From assembly GCF_006345805.1 (NCBI RefSeq), contig NC_042998.1, forward strand, positions 100,130,001-100,194,000: a stretch of 64,000 bases of DNA. The letters run 5' to 3'. Below are positions 41,801 through 56,800 of this stretch, one piece after another. A model generated the notes under the pieces. That model did no database searches, was not told the origin of the DNA, and saw nothing but the letters and a program-made list of their open reading frames with translations. Position 1 is the first letter of the stretch. Every line of letters starts with the position of its first letter. The DNA comes from Octopus sinensis (Eukaryota). The translations under genes and the position numbers were made by a program.

Positions 41801-44800
41801 ATTAGAACTCAATTCGGTTTCCTTGCTTCACAATCTGCTTTTTACAGACAGAGTTTTCATTAATATATATAGGACTAGACACAGAGGGTAAATGAAATAA
41901 TGCAGTATGTTTATAGCAGTCATGAGGGCAACATTAACATAAATAAGGTGACTAAAACTAGGTTGCAAAACAAGAATTTGAATTAATTTCACTTAGAATT
42001 TACTTCTTGTATATACTAAGTTAACCATTATGTGCATTTCTTATGACTAGATACAAATCAATTTTCATAAGGCTGAAAAAATAGTTGAAAACTCCAGCAG
42101 TATTTGTATTCAGAATGTAGCAGTATAAACTAAAACTCTAAAGCATATATTCTATCAATCAACATTTCTAACAGTTCATAATCCTATCTTGCATATGAAT
42201 ACTATTACTAATTAATCTGTGATTTATTTTTGTTTTTTAATGTCATAGTCAAGTGAAAAAGGGCAGTGTTTGTAACCCTTTTCAAAATTTCCAATACCAG
42301 TTGGAAGTTCTACAACAGGAGACCTGGTTTAAATGCTTGCAACAGAATGGACTCCAGTAAAAGTTCCCAAAGGGCCAAGTGGTGAGGGGTGATAGACAAT
42401 GCACATTAAAGCAGTTGCTTTGCAGTTTCTAACCATAATACTTCACCAACAGAGACCACCACTCTGAACATCTTTAGTTTTTGGCAACACAAATAACCAA
42501 GAGATGGTAATTTGGTGCAATATTTTACTCCATGATGAAATATTGGTCAAGAGATTTATAAGACCATCATTAACAAAATAGCTTGTTTTTTTTTTTACGT
42601 GAATATTTTTTTCTAAGCTATTATATAAACATGAACTAAACATACTGAGGATGATTTGAAAACAAACTATATCAACTACAACATGCTACACTTAGACTAT
42701 TGAGCGATATGCTTCATGCTTTGTCATTAGTATGGCTGCCTCCAGAAGATGTGTTACAAAGTTAGATGAAAAATTTACAACTCTTTTTTGTGAAACAAAT
42801 GTAAATTAATTTGATGGCTATATTCAGGTGAGAAATGAAATGTTAATATTTATATTACTGTAGTTATTTCTTTTTAATGGAAAATAGATTAATTTGAATT
42901 ATTTTAGAAAATAGATTGATGAAATTCAGATATTAAATGAAAACTAATGTTATAAAACTCTATATATTGTTTAATATGTACAAAGTTAGAGCTAAGTTGG
43001 CTTAAGCAGATAGACACTGTCCGTAATATGTTGTCATATCAGCAGAGAAGTCTTACATCTAAGCAGGTAAGTAAAAATTTACTGTTATCTGAAAAGCGGA
43101 AAAAAAAAGAAAAAAGAATGAAATGAAAAGGCATAACTAAGTAGCACTGATTATAAGTACTGGTCAGCTAAAGCAACATGAAGGAAGCTGTGTTGGTTGC
43201 AAATTAATACAGCTGATAGACAAGTGAAAGAAGAAAGCATAATGAAATGTGTGTGTGTTCATGTTTGTGTGTTTAGGATCAGATTCAATGAATATAAACA
43301 TTCTGAATACAAGAGTATAATTTTATCAACATTTTAATATTAAGGATATTTCATGTTCATCATCTTCTGGCATCAGCCAAAATAGCATTCTTTGAACTCC
43401 AGACAGACAAGTGTTTCTTAGAAGCCAAAAGCTTGCATGTCCACCATTCAACATCGTTATTGCACAGTCAGTCAAATGATATATTTCCCCTTTATTTTGA
43501 AAAATTGTTAAGTTTTAAGTCAGAAAGAAAATAAATTAAAACAAAAACAGTGAAGAATAAAAAAAATGGTGAAATGAAAGGGGAAGGGAAAAGAGTAACA
43601 AAAATAGATAAAAAAACAATAAAAATAGAATATTTAAAAAAGAATGAAATAAAGAATAGTAAAAAAAAATGGCTGTATGATGGAACAAAGACAAAACAAC
43701 GTGGAATAAGGGGAAATGCAAACACACAGTTGTCAGTAAATTAAGTTTGTCCATTATACTGGCAAGGGAAGGGAAATTTAACCCAAGCTGACCAGGACCA
43801 AGCACATTTGCCATAGCAACTGGAGCCTTGGCTCACCTGGAGACATTGGTCATGTTAGTTTGGTTAACTGGTGTGTGTGAGCTCGGAGACTGGAGGTCAG
43901 GCACCACCACAGGCTCACAGGTCATCGGCTGTGGAGGTTTGTAGTGAGCGTGTCGTGTTGTCTGGATTTGATGAGACCGGAATACAGTTCTGGAGACAGA
44001 TTGTGAAGAATATTGCACATATGTGCTGCTGCTACTGCTGCTGCTGCTGCTGTTGCTCTGCTGTTGGTGGAAAGATGATGTCTGTGAACTATTTATATCT
44101 CCTCTCTTGCTAGCAAACATGCTCACAGGAGAAGAGTTGCCAGAATGCTGTTCAAAGTCTCTCCAATAACTAGGAAAATGTGAAGGAGTAGATTGTTGTT
44201 GTTGTTGTTGTAGGGAATGATGTTGACTAACAAAGGGTGAAGAAGGTGCTGGTTGCATCATGCGTGGAAAAAAGGCCGGAGACGGAGGATTCGAGTGCTC
44301 GGGTGTGCAAGATCTGTTATAGAAAGATTCAATAGAAGGCTCTGTTTGGTAAGTAACACCCATCAATTGCCGTTGGTAGCTGTCCAGCATACGAGCCCGC
44401 CGTAGTTTCTCACTGTACTTAAAGAAATCTGAAGTTTCAAAAGGTTTAGAAACTTCAATCTGGGGTTTAATTTTTGTTATTGTGGTTACCAGTCGGCTGT
44501 TTGGGGGAGGAGTTACGATAACTGGGTCCACTTCAGGTTTATCAACAGGTCCTGTATTCCCAGTGATATGTATGACCTGCACTTCTTGTGCTGGGGGAGA
44601 TTGGTATTCATATACACGGGGACTATAGGAATGTTCTGTACTTGGAGTGTTTGGTCGATTATCAAGATCATCATATGACTTTTGTGGACTGCGAATTATT
44701 GGAGATGGCTCTGCCATTTGCGTATCTTCCCACCGAAGCTCAGCATGTGTACCAAGGTGACTGTACACTGGCTCAGAAGCCACTGAATTATTGTGAATGT

Positions 44801-47800
44801 CCAAAGAACTTTCAGGAACTTCCTCAATGTAATCGCTATCTGATTCTCTTCTGCTACCATACTTTGAAGAAAACAACTGAGGCAAAATATTGCCTGGTTT
44901 AGAAACTGGTCCTCTTGGTCTCTGTGATATCAGTGAATTGTCAGGACTGCAGTAGTTCTCTTCAATATTTGGTGTAAGAGTCATTTGCCTCTGAAATTCT
45001 GCTTGAACATATTCATAAGGGTGGATATTGGTTGGGGTTTTCACTTCTCCATTTTCACACTGGGGAGGCCGTTGCCCAGGTGTTACCTGAGTCATGTTGT
45101 TAGCAGAACTGAAACCGCTGTCATGACTGCCATCGAACTTACTACAATCAACTATATCTTCTCGGCCAGATTGTCCAAGGCGATTGCTAAATGTAGGATA
45201 GCGTTGATTACGATATTGAGTACCAGTGGAATAAACTGAGCTAGGTGTATAGCCACCTGTGAGCTGAGGGCTGAAAAAGATAAAACAAGAAACACATGCT
45301 TCAGGAGAAGGGTAACATAATCAGCCAGGGAGGTGTTTTTTTTATTTATTTATTTAAAAAAAATCTAGATTAATATGAGAACATAATTTAGGAGGTTATG
45401 ATTAAGAAAGAACTGAAGACATGTTATGTAATTTCAAATGGTTTAGTTAACTAAGCATGAAACACTGGAAAACTAAATATGGACTAGTGGAAAGAAAAAA
45501 AAAGCTTTTTTAATTTGGTAAGGAAAAATATATATTAAAGTCACAGAAGAATAACTACTAAGATCAAATAAACGGGTCTAGTTATGATTTTACACAATAT
45601 TAAAGACAACACAATAGGGTAACCATATTTGCAATAATAGTATTAGCTCCTCAAACTTCTATAGACTTATGCAACTGAAGCTAGCTGATATGAATGCTAT
45701 TGTGTGTATGTATGTGAACACAGGTAGTAATAAGTGTGTGTGTGAGAGAGAGCAAGAGAGAGAGAGTGTATGTGTTACTTATTCCTTTCGTTTTTTCTGT
45801 CAGTTTGTACAGAGGCAAACTGCAGTAACTAATGTTTCTTTGCTGTGTTCATGAATATCAGAATGTAAAAATGCAAGACTGTATATATCAGAAATTCGAA
45901 TGTTTCAGATAAGTTGTTTGTTAGCTTAGCTACTGCAGCAATATTGAAAGTAAAATATTCCTACATAACATGAACAATGAGATGCTAATCAACTGATTAA
46001 TGAGTCCCCTTTAAACATAAATTTAACTTCAATATATCTAAAACAAGCACCATTCAAGCCATTGAATAAGTGGGCATATAACACAAATGACACTAACAAT
46101 GTGAATGAAAGAATGAAATATTAGCAATATTACCTAACAACAACAAAAATCCATGGTTTACACTTTCACTTTTAAGTAGATGCCGTGAGATGACCATACC
46201 AATAATGGAATAAACCATCTAAAGAACTAAAGGATTTGTTCCCCAAAAATTTAACTATGTTTGGAAACAAATATATCAACAATTGAGCTACTGGAGATTT
46301 AAGCAGAACAAATTTAGACAGACACTATTAACCAGAATTTAATATAATTGGCATGTGAATAACAGTAAATGATATTCTTCAGAGAATTTCCAAATGATCA
46401 AGAAAAACTTTTCTTTGTTAAAATCAAATTAAAATGAAATATTCTAACCGTAAAAGAAATTATTGATTCTTAGGTTTTAAAATATTTCACTAATCTTTTA
46501 CATAAATAAAACATCATTAATGTTAAATAAAAGGAAACATTTACATTTTAAGTACAATATTTTAATCATTCAATGATGCTGATTATAAATTATTCAACTA
46601 TTTGTACTAACTAGTTTTATAAAAAAAAAAAAATTAGAAAGATGACCTAAACTCACTTTATATACTTATCACAAAATGGCTTTAGCTTGACAGGCATTGT
46701 CTGAGTCACCCAAAATAACCAACCAGCCAAGTCAAGAGAGGATAAACATGATAGTTCTCTTCAAACCATGGTCAAGATCCTGATGCTGAGACTAAAGATG
46801 TAATCTGAGATAGGTGTCCATCATCAGACATTTGCCATATTCTGAATGCCTTACTTCTCTGGGCATGGATACATTGAAACTCCGACATCTGGCAGCTGAC
46901 TTGGTAGACACCCATAAAATTATTAACCATCTTATAAATAATAACTCTGACCACCTTTTCAAACTCCATCTGTCTAACACCCGTGGACATGTTTACAAAG
47001 TCAGAAAACAGCACAGCTCCCATGATTTTCGGAAACATGGAACAAACTGCCAGCATCAGTTGTTAGTTGTTGGAGCACAGCATCCTTCAAAACTTCCATG
47101 CTTCCTGAGATTTGCCAACACTACGCCTGATTTTCTCCCCTCCATACATACGCAAGCATGTATCTGATCCATAGAGTGTTCACTTTCCAGACATTTGTAC
47201 ATTACTGCATATTCTTTATGCGCACTTTTGACAAGTTGTGGTGCATCTGAGCACTGTATACAATAATTTCATTATTATTATTATTATCATATCATGTCTG
47301 ACACATGTGTAAGATGTAATCAACAGATCTTCAATTATACTGAGAGAACTTGAGAAGGTGAAGGAGTCACTTGATGGTAATGTTTCAGATATATTTGACT
47401 GTTGTTAGCTTAGAAATTTAATTTCAATTAAAGCCTAGATATTTTTTTAAAATGCAACCAGACATAACAAAATTTTTTTTTAAATATGCCAAGTGATAAC
47501 AAAATTGTTAGATATGGCATATAGAGATGGTGGGTTGCTTGACAAATACAATCGCTACTTCTTCATAATGAACTTGGTCATGAAAATTGGTGAAATGAAG
47601 GAAAGTATCAACCTTTGAATAGGGGTCTAAGAGGTAAATTATGGATTCAATAAGATATTGTTTTTAATAAAAACCACACAAGAAAGATGTATGAACTGAT
47701 GGGCTACACATTAAAATTCTCATATCTAACAGAATGTGGTCTTAGACAAAGTTTCCCAGTTATACTTCAAAGTTTTGCATTAAAAGAGGAAAATATCTTA

Positions 47801-50800
47801 AGAAAGAATCAACTGTTCCAACAATACACTCAATCTATACCGATACTGATTAAAAAAGTGAAAAAGAAAAGAAAAAAAAGACCCCAAAAACATGGCTTCT
47901 CTAATATAAAAAAAATATGGCTAAACTGACAATGATTAATATAGGTTTCTTAACTGAAATTCCTCCAAGGGATTATTTGGGTTAAGTTCAAATAGATTAA
48001 TATATTATGTTCTAATCATTCAGAAACTATATGACAATAAAAATACTAATTTAAAATTTTCTATTATTGAATTTAATTAAATGTTGAACAGAGTTATTTT
48101 GTTTCCTTTATAAAAACATCAAAGTATTAAAATTATTAAACAATGGATCTACCAGTTCATTCTTTACAAGGAGATTTAAACAATATGCTCCTTGATATAA
48201 AACAAAAAACTAAAATTGATCTAAGTATCAAAAGTTGACAGAATTAAAAAGTTGTACATACATACATTCAGCCATACATATATTAGTAAAGAGACATTTG
48301 TAAGATGACATATCAACAAAGATTTATGCTCTCTAATAAACACCGTTTTGCTGAGGAACAATAAGGGATGGAAAAGTAGTCAACTTTAACAACAAAATTC
48401 ACTCTACTAGACATTCTGAATACTTGTTACATTGTGCTACAACTTGCAAATGTTCATCTATTTGGAATAATTATGTAAGTCAGTTTTCAAAAAATATTAA
48501 CAGTGAAAAACAATTTTTTGAAGAGTGTATGTTAAAATGTGTAGAATGATGGGAATATGAATAATATTCATAGAGCATTAGGAGTATTCAAGAAGACTGA
48601 CTGGAAAGAAGAGTTGTCTATAAAGTTGTAGAATCTGATATGTTTAAAGATATGTACTTGATTCCAAAGGAGGTGGTAGAAAAGTCACAGAGTGACAAAT
48701 GCTTTGTATGATGTCTGCAGCAGAAAAGGCAATCCAATATCTTCAGATATTTACAATTTAAAAATTACATTTTGTGCTGCATAAAAGTTGGTAAGTCAGA
48801 GAGGTGAACAAAGTTAAAAATAGTAACAGTAAGACTAGAGTAAAATCATTAATGTATCATTAATAAAAATTTGCTAGTAACAAAGATCTATCTCTCCAAA
48901 TGAAGGGAAGAAAGAATGTATACTGCATATGTAGGAGGTGTGTCATATTGCAAGGTAGCAATACATAGGCATTAAATGTGGAGGATGAGCGAAAGCTGGA
49001 AGAAATGAAGTAAGCATAAGTCCACTGGGTTTATAATGTTAGTGTCAATGAACAACAAAGAATAATTGAGCTGAGAGAAAAGCAGAGTGTAAGAGAAATG
49101 AGATACAGTGTGCAAGAAGAGACTGCAATGGTACAGATGTGATACATATGGAAAATGACAGTTGGGTAAAAAACAAAAAAGTAGGAGGAAAACATAGGAA
49201 GAAGTGATGAAAGCTGATCTCAGGGATGCTGAAACTCATGAAGGAGATGGCAAGTAACCTCAACAAATAGTGAGACCCTGTACTGGAGAACACCTGTCTA
49301 ATCCTTGTAATATGGGAAAATGTTAGAAGATGAAACCAAAGCTGAAATTGCTTTTCCTATTTTTAAGTGATTTATTTTAATACTAAGGCTAAAGTAGTGT
49401 TGCTTATGCCCAAGTAAAATTTGATTGAGCAAACCTATGATTAAGGACATTAAGAAACTATAAGCCCCAAACTATTTTATACAATGTCTTTATCAAAGCT
49501 GTAGATCAAAGGAGATTTGGTTGACATTTCTAGTAGGCCAAGTGGCTCCCTACTGGACTTAAAGGCAGAGAAAAGGAGCAGAGAGCACACTTAGGAGTTA
49601 GAAGGTACTATCCATTACATAAAATAGTGAAAATGAGGTAGAAATTCCTATACAAAAGATAATGGATGATATGTTGATTGAAAGAGTGGTCTGAAATGTT
49701 ATTAGAAGGCACACAACTGAAACATGCCGAGAAAGACTGGGGACAAAGGAGTTAGATCAGATTAGAAAGTAACACTTCACAGATTGTTTTTGGCAAAACT
49801 ATTATCCAAACTACATATTTTACAAATATCAAAAAAGGATAATGATAATAACATCTGAAGAGTTTTCACAAGACTATAAACTTGAGAGAAATTTTTTAAG
49901 CTTCTCATGGTATAAAGATATTAGAAAAAATATAGAATTAACATGTTGAAATCTAACTTGATAATCTTAGCTCATCAAGTAATGACCTGTACTTTAAGAA
50001 ATCAGTAAACAGAGCAAAAGGAAAGAAATACAGGGATTATTACACACAGTCTCAATCAATAATGAAACTTCAGTATGAATCACAACTGTTGTTACATTAA
50101 AATATTCCTTCAAATAAATCACTGCTGTTTTTATACATTTCAAAAAATATAAAAAGTGTAATATCAATGTGGGATAAACTTAATCAGTGATCTAACAAAA
50201 GAATTGATGACACTCAATATATTATAGATAAAACAATTGCAAGATGGTAAATGAGGAAAATAAGGATGAGGGTTCAAGTAATTTTCAGTTTGGATCATGA
50301 AAATTTGATTTAATCTTTTGTTCCTCTTACTATACATACTAGTTTCTAACTGAAACAGATGCTCAAAAACTAAACTACACCTGACATGTCTTGTTAGCAG
50401 GTTGTTTTATGCATTTGTTTGGTTGCCTCCATATATTACATTTTCTTGTTTAGAACTGCTATGAAATACTCAACAACAATAGTATTTTATGTAATGTTCT
50501 TATTCAGTGAGATTAAAACATAGATACTGAAGAATTCTATATTTACTTCAGTTGTCACTTTTTATTACAAGTTTCCATTGTACAACTGAATACAGCTCTA
50601 CATCTTATACATGTGCAGTGTTTTTCCCTTTTTCACACTGCATTGTAAACATTACATGTAATAAACATGTTGTGCCTCGTAGCACTATTTTCTATATGCT
50701 GTATGTAAATCCTGGGATTTTGGTTATATATGTCTGCATATATTTTAATCGTCCACAAGGCACATAGTATCATAGAAAATCTCTCCATTTTCAATCATCA

Positions 50801-53800
50801 GATTCTAGTTATCTCTACTTCCAGATCAATATATTTGGACAGTTTATATTTAGAGACAATATCATGTTAGGAACAATGCATTAGCAAGGAAACTCTTTTC
50901 TGTACAGACTTTAACAACATCCAGTCTGTTTGCCTGTCCATGTGGATTGGTATATTACATAGTATGGTCACTTTGTCATTCTCCAAGACTGTTTTAAGTG
51001 TATGCTTATGCTATTCTTTCTGTCAGTATTTCATAAGGCTGGCCTAATTCCTAGAATATGAAAGCTCCAACTTTATCATGCCTCTACTCTCTCTCTCTCA
51101 ATTTTAGTTAACAATGGGCAGCCAGAAACAACTTTGTTTCTCCTTTTGCATTGTCTGTAGATATTGTGTGTGTGTGTGTGCATATGTTTTGGTTCAATAT
51201 ATACTTTTGGTATTTCCTGATAAAGCTTTAGATCTCATCCCACAATCACAAAATTCTTCTGTCTCAGCTTCCAGTCCAACCATTATCCACTTTTCCCCTG
51301 TTCAGTTTTCTCAGTTAGTGGTCATATAGAGGACTTTTCTTGCTATCATCTTAATATGACATTCAATAGTCTCAATTTTTAAATTTTCCAACAAGTCCTG
51401 CTGTTGTTTCTTCTCCTTGCAACTACTATTACCTCATCTTCTGCATATGTTTGTTACTTTGAAGACGTAGTATTTTTGTTCATGTTTATAGCTAGTTGTA
51501 TTAGTTTCCAAATTATGCTGCACTAAATATTTTTGTAGTCCAACAGAAGGCTCTAACCTCTTGTATTATGGTTTATACTATCTTCCTGTGTCAGATTTGT
51601 GGTGATGCATTCTAAATGCAATTTAGTCTTGTTAATTCAATTTGTATTTAGGATAGAATATTGTAACTATAACTTATTACTGGAAACTACTTGAGTTTTG
51701 ATGTCTACCACCTTATATCTTACATTTGGTTCAGCTTTAATTATTAATCGAATAAATCTACATTCCCTCTATTATTATATTTTGTGTGTGTGTGTGATAT
51801 ATTCTGTCTAGCTAATTCCTAAATGTTTCAAAGTATATATATTCATGGTCTAATTTTCTTATTTCAGTTTCTTAACGTATTAGTGGTGTTTATTTTCTCT
51901 TCTAGGTTGCCATATCTTATTTTTGTTAATTTCAAATTTTCTAATAAATTCATATACTGCATATAACATTATTTCCAGTTATTTACTATTTGGAATGTAT
52001 AATTTGAAGTCCTCTATTTACAAAAGATTGTTAAGTGTCCTCTCACAGTACTGGCATTCAAATCCATTCAGGTTTAACATTAGTCAAAGACGTTAACTCC
52101 AAGCAGAAAAGGCATGGAAAGAGATATCTCACTCGCACTTATCTATTCAAGACGAATGACAGATGAATAAAGTAGCACTGGTTGTGATTTGAATTCAGAT
52201 CAGTAAAGTTTTGAATCAAATTCTGGAAACTATTTAGCCTTTACATGAACTATAATTTTTGCCAGTGAACTAAATTCAGAGTTCACTAACACAAAAATCA
52301 TTTCATAATTAGAAATAACTACACACTCATATATAAAAGCAATGGTAAATAAGCATTCACAATAAAAACTGATTTCAGATCAGACTGAAATAATATATGT
52401 AAGAATATGCAAAGTTTACACAATATACAGTGGCTAGACAAAAATAATGGAAACACTTAGCATCATAATTTTGAAATATCTATAAAATCGTCCAAAGCTT
52501 TTTTATTTTTATGTTTTTTGATTTATTATTAGTGTTGCTTAATATGTTTTGGTAAAATGGCTGTTTCTTTTCAGATATCACCAAAAAAAGGTAATTAAAA
52601 TTCATTAAAATGACAGATCTATTGAACTTACAAAGAGATCAAATTGTTGGTGCTCATATGGCAGGTGCTAGTGTAAAGAAAACAGCCAAAATGTTTGGTT
52701 TATCAAAAAGTACTGTCTTGAAAGTAATGACAGCCTTTGAGAAAGATGGAAAAATCTCTTTGTTGAAACTAAACTCTGGAAGAAAGCCAAAACTTTCAGA
52801 TGGGGACAGTCGGACTCTTACGTGAATTGTTAGAAAGGATCGCAAAAGTACGACTCCCAAAATTACTGCAGAACTTAATGACCACCTTGAGAACCCAGTT
52901 TCCACAAAAACTGTTCACCAGGATTTCATGGGAGAGCTGCAATCAGAAAACCACTACTTTCAAAAACAAACGTTGCAAAGCATTTAGAGTAGAGTAAAAG
53001 CCTATAGAATTGGTCCCTAGAGCAATGGGAAAATGTTATTTTCTCAGACGAGTCATCCTTTACCATATTTCCAACCACTGGCTGAGTATACATGTGGAGA
53101 CAGCCAAAAGAAGCATTTGACCCAGACTACCTTCTTCCAACTGTTAAACATGGAGGAGGATCTGTGATGATCTGGGGGCTATATCTTGGAAATCTACCAG
53201 CTCAGTGGTTTCCCTTCATGGCAGAATTAATAGTCAAGACTATTTAAGCATTTTATCTGATCAAATTCATCCTATAATCGTGGAACTGCTTCCGGAGGGA
53301 AACGCAATCTTTCAGGATTATAATGCACCAATTCACACAGCTAAAGTTTCTGAATGACATGAAGAACATTCTAGTCCCCAGATCACAATATTATTGAACA
53401 TTTATGGTGCATTTTAGAAAAAAAAGTAAAGAGTTGATATCCTCCACCATTATCACTACAAGAACTGGAGACTGTTTTAGCTGAAGAATGGACAAAAATT
53501 CCTTTGGAAACAATTGAAACTTTGTACAAGTCCATACCTCATAGAATTCAAGCTGTAATTACTGCCAAAGGCGGTCCTACCCCATATTAAAGTAAATTCG
53601 TTTGAAATTCTCAGGTATTTCCATTATTTTGTCCAATTCCAGTATCAATCACACAATAACTTAACTAGGAATGAGTATAAAGAGATATGACCAATATAAC
53701 CAGAGTCAAAACTATAAGAAAATAAAAACTGATAGTTGCATCGTTATGTACACTAACATGTCTTATCTATACACTAATGAGTATATTGCCTAATAGTGTA

Positions 53801-56800
53801 GATAGGATTTAGTGTTATGTGTTAGCTAACAGGGTAACAGAATATATTATTCTTTAATAGTCAGTGAAAGTAAGCATTTAAAAGATAAAGAATTACTAGA
53901 GAAATTATTTACTACCAGTTAATTTTTGGGTTATGGAGGATGAAAGAAATACAGTTGGTTTTTTTTTTTTTTTTATGACAAACAGAACTGACTTGACTGA
54001 ATGTTTCAAATTTAAGGAGTAAGGACTGAGTAATGTGTGGCTTTTATTTTTGTACTACTAACAGTTTAATGACATTTTAGGAGTACATAAGACTTTAAGA
54101 ATTCACATTTAATACAAATAGCAGATAACTGGTTAACTTAGGTAAATGCAAAAAATAAACGTTATAACCTAAACCTTTACAAAGCATTTTGGAAAATACA
54201 ACTAAATTGAATATGCTTTATAAAAAACGGTTGGGACGGTGGGTGTAAATGCAAGAGGTTACGTGTTGACAAATAGAAAACTAAATCAAACTTGGATTTG
54301 AATTATGTTTTTGATTGGATTAACACAAGCTGATTAAACTGATTGGATATCCTCAGATAATCAGTATCAGATATAAGATTGAAGTTAAGTAAATAAGTGT
54401 AGCTGAAAGAAACCAGAGGGTTTAAAGGATCTCCTAATTCATGTTAGTGACAAGGCTACATGAAAACCCTAAAGTTTCTACTCTCTTTTACTCGTTTCAG
54501 TCATTTGACTGCAGCCATGCTGGAGCACCGCTTTTAGTCGAACAAATCGATCCCAGGACTTATTCTTTGTAAGCCTAGTACTTATTCTATTGGTTTCTTT
54601 TTACCGAACCACTAAGTTACAGGGATGTGAACACACCAGCATCGGTTGTCAAGCGATGTTGGGGGACAAACACAAACACACACACATATATATATGACGG
54701 CTTCTTTCAGTTTCCGTCTACCAAATCCACTCACAAGGCTTTGGTCAGCCCGAGGCTATAGTAGAAGACACTTGCCAAAGGTGCTATGCAGTGGGACTTA
54801 AAAAAACAAATAAAGAAGAATTTAATTAAAATAAGGTGTTAGCTAAATTAAAAATATGAATTTAAATACTAAATAGTCTTTTTCAATATTGCCAGAATTA
54901 TCTTAGCATTCTCGTAGGAGTGCAGTTATATATTCAATAGGAGTAAATTAATTTTCCAGCAAATTCAGAACATTTTCTACCTTTTGTCTTTTACTTGTTT
55001 CAGTCACTGGACTGCAGTCATGAGGGAGTACCACCTAGAATGGTTTTAGTTCAATAAATCACCCCTAATACCTAAATTTTTTTAAAAGTCTGGTTCTTAT
55101 TCTATCAATCTCTTTTACAGATCTGTTAAGGAAACAAGAACAAACCAACACCAGTTGTCAAGTGGTGGTTAAGCGGGAACAAATATGTACAGAGTTTCTG
55201 TCTACTAAATTTGTTACTAAGGCATTGGTTGGCCCAGGGCTTTAGTAGAAAACACTTGCCCAAGGTGCCATATAGTGAGGCTGAACCTGAAACCATGTAG
55301 TTGTAAAGGGAGCTTCTTCACCACACAGCCATGCCAGCATGTAAAATACTTGCAATCAAATTTATGTTCAGGATTGTAAGTGGTTGAAGACAAGAATGAT
55401 AAAGACATTGATTTTAAGGGTAACATCTTAAAGACATGAATTTTGATCTAACTGCTTTAAGATAAATTAGTAGAAGACCCAAATCTAAATATTGCACCTA
55501 TGAGGGCAGCCTTTTGCCATCATACAGCAATATAACTTTCTACCAGCAGAAGTTCTGACTACTGAAATACAAAATAAAAAAAATGGCTAATCATGCTTAA
55601 GAAGCCATAAAGAAAAAAATGTATGCAGCTTTTGACTAGCTGGATGAAATGAAATGCAAACACAAGTAAATAATTTAAAATATCAATATAAAATGGCATA
55701 GCACATACCACAGAAATAGTGGGGAGAAAATGGTAAAAATCTACAGGAAAACATTAAAAATAAAATGAAGAGCACTGCAAGTAAAAGTAAGAAGAAGCCA
55801 GATAAAAGGAATCTTATAAAGGAGATTAGTAATGGTTTCTTGATTTGATTTTGTCTCCAGAGTTATATTTTAAATGAAATTGTGAGTAATATTGCTCATT
55901 GAAATTTCCCTGTCTTCTTATTCCTAAAATTCGCAGTATATTTGAATAATGTTATCAGGCCATATAACATAAAACTAAGAGGGAGAGCAGTGTACTGAGA
56001 TAACATAATGGCTAACCCTTTCAAAAGTTTTAATCTAAATAAATAAGAGACCCTGTAACTTAGCAACATATTTAAAACTTTTTCTTTAGATTAACATTAA
56101 TGCTAACAAGGGAGCCCTTTCATTGTTGCTACACCTGTCAATGTGGCTGTCATAAACAACTTCCTCATCATCCTTAAAAAATAATACAAAATGGTGAAGT
56201 CATAGCCTTAGTAGCTTAAACGTCATTAAACTGATAAAGGTAATGAAAAAGATATTCTGAGAATATGTATGTGTAGTCAAGAATTTTATAGTATTCTACA
56301 AATGGATTGGATTGCCCATGTTCAGTCCACTAAATAAATAAATGGAGATGACTATTGCTGTTTATCCCCAGGTCATGTAAAATTTATGAGCAAAGGCTAT
56401 CAAGCTATGACCTTTCCTTCTTTTGATTATACATAGTATGTCTACATTATTCAATGCATTCTTTTGCTATGAAGACAGTATGGTGTGATTTGAAGGAGAT
56501 TTAGATGATATTTCCAGCAGGTGATGCAACAAATACAGGCCTCTTTGCTGGCATGGAGCTTTAGTCTATTGAAACAAGCTGTCAATGTCTCAACATTATT
56601 GAAAGAAAACAGAAGTAACACATAGTAAATTCAGATATTGCTGGAATTTCACTCAGAACAAGCTAAGCTTTAGAAAGAATGAATTTCATTTCTGTGATTT
56701 GGAAGTGAAAGTTTAAAATACCAAGTTGCCAGTGATAAACATCACAAGTAAGATAAGTTGTTCTCAAGTCACTATCAAAATATTTCTTCAGTTAGTTGAA

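Noticed and set aside
43536-43835. Stop-codon read-through: the frame stays open about 99 codons after TGA
   Set aside because: The context is TGA-G, not the leaky UGA-C(UAG). The TGA is part of a good splice donor, and most of the extension is T-rich low complexity.
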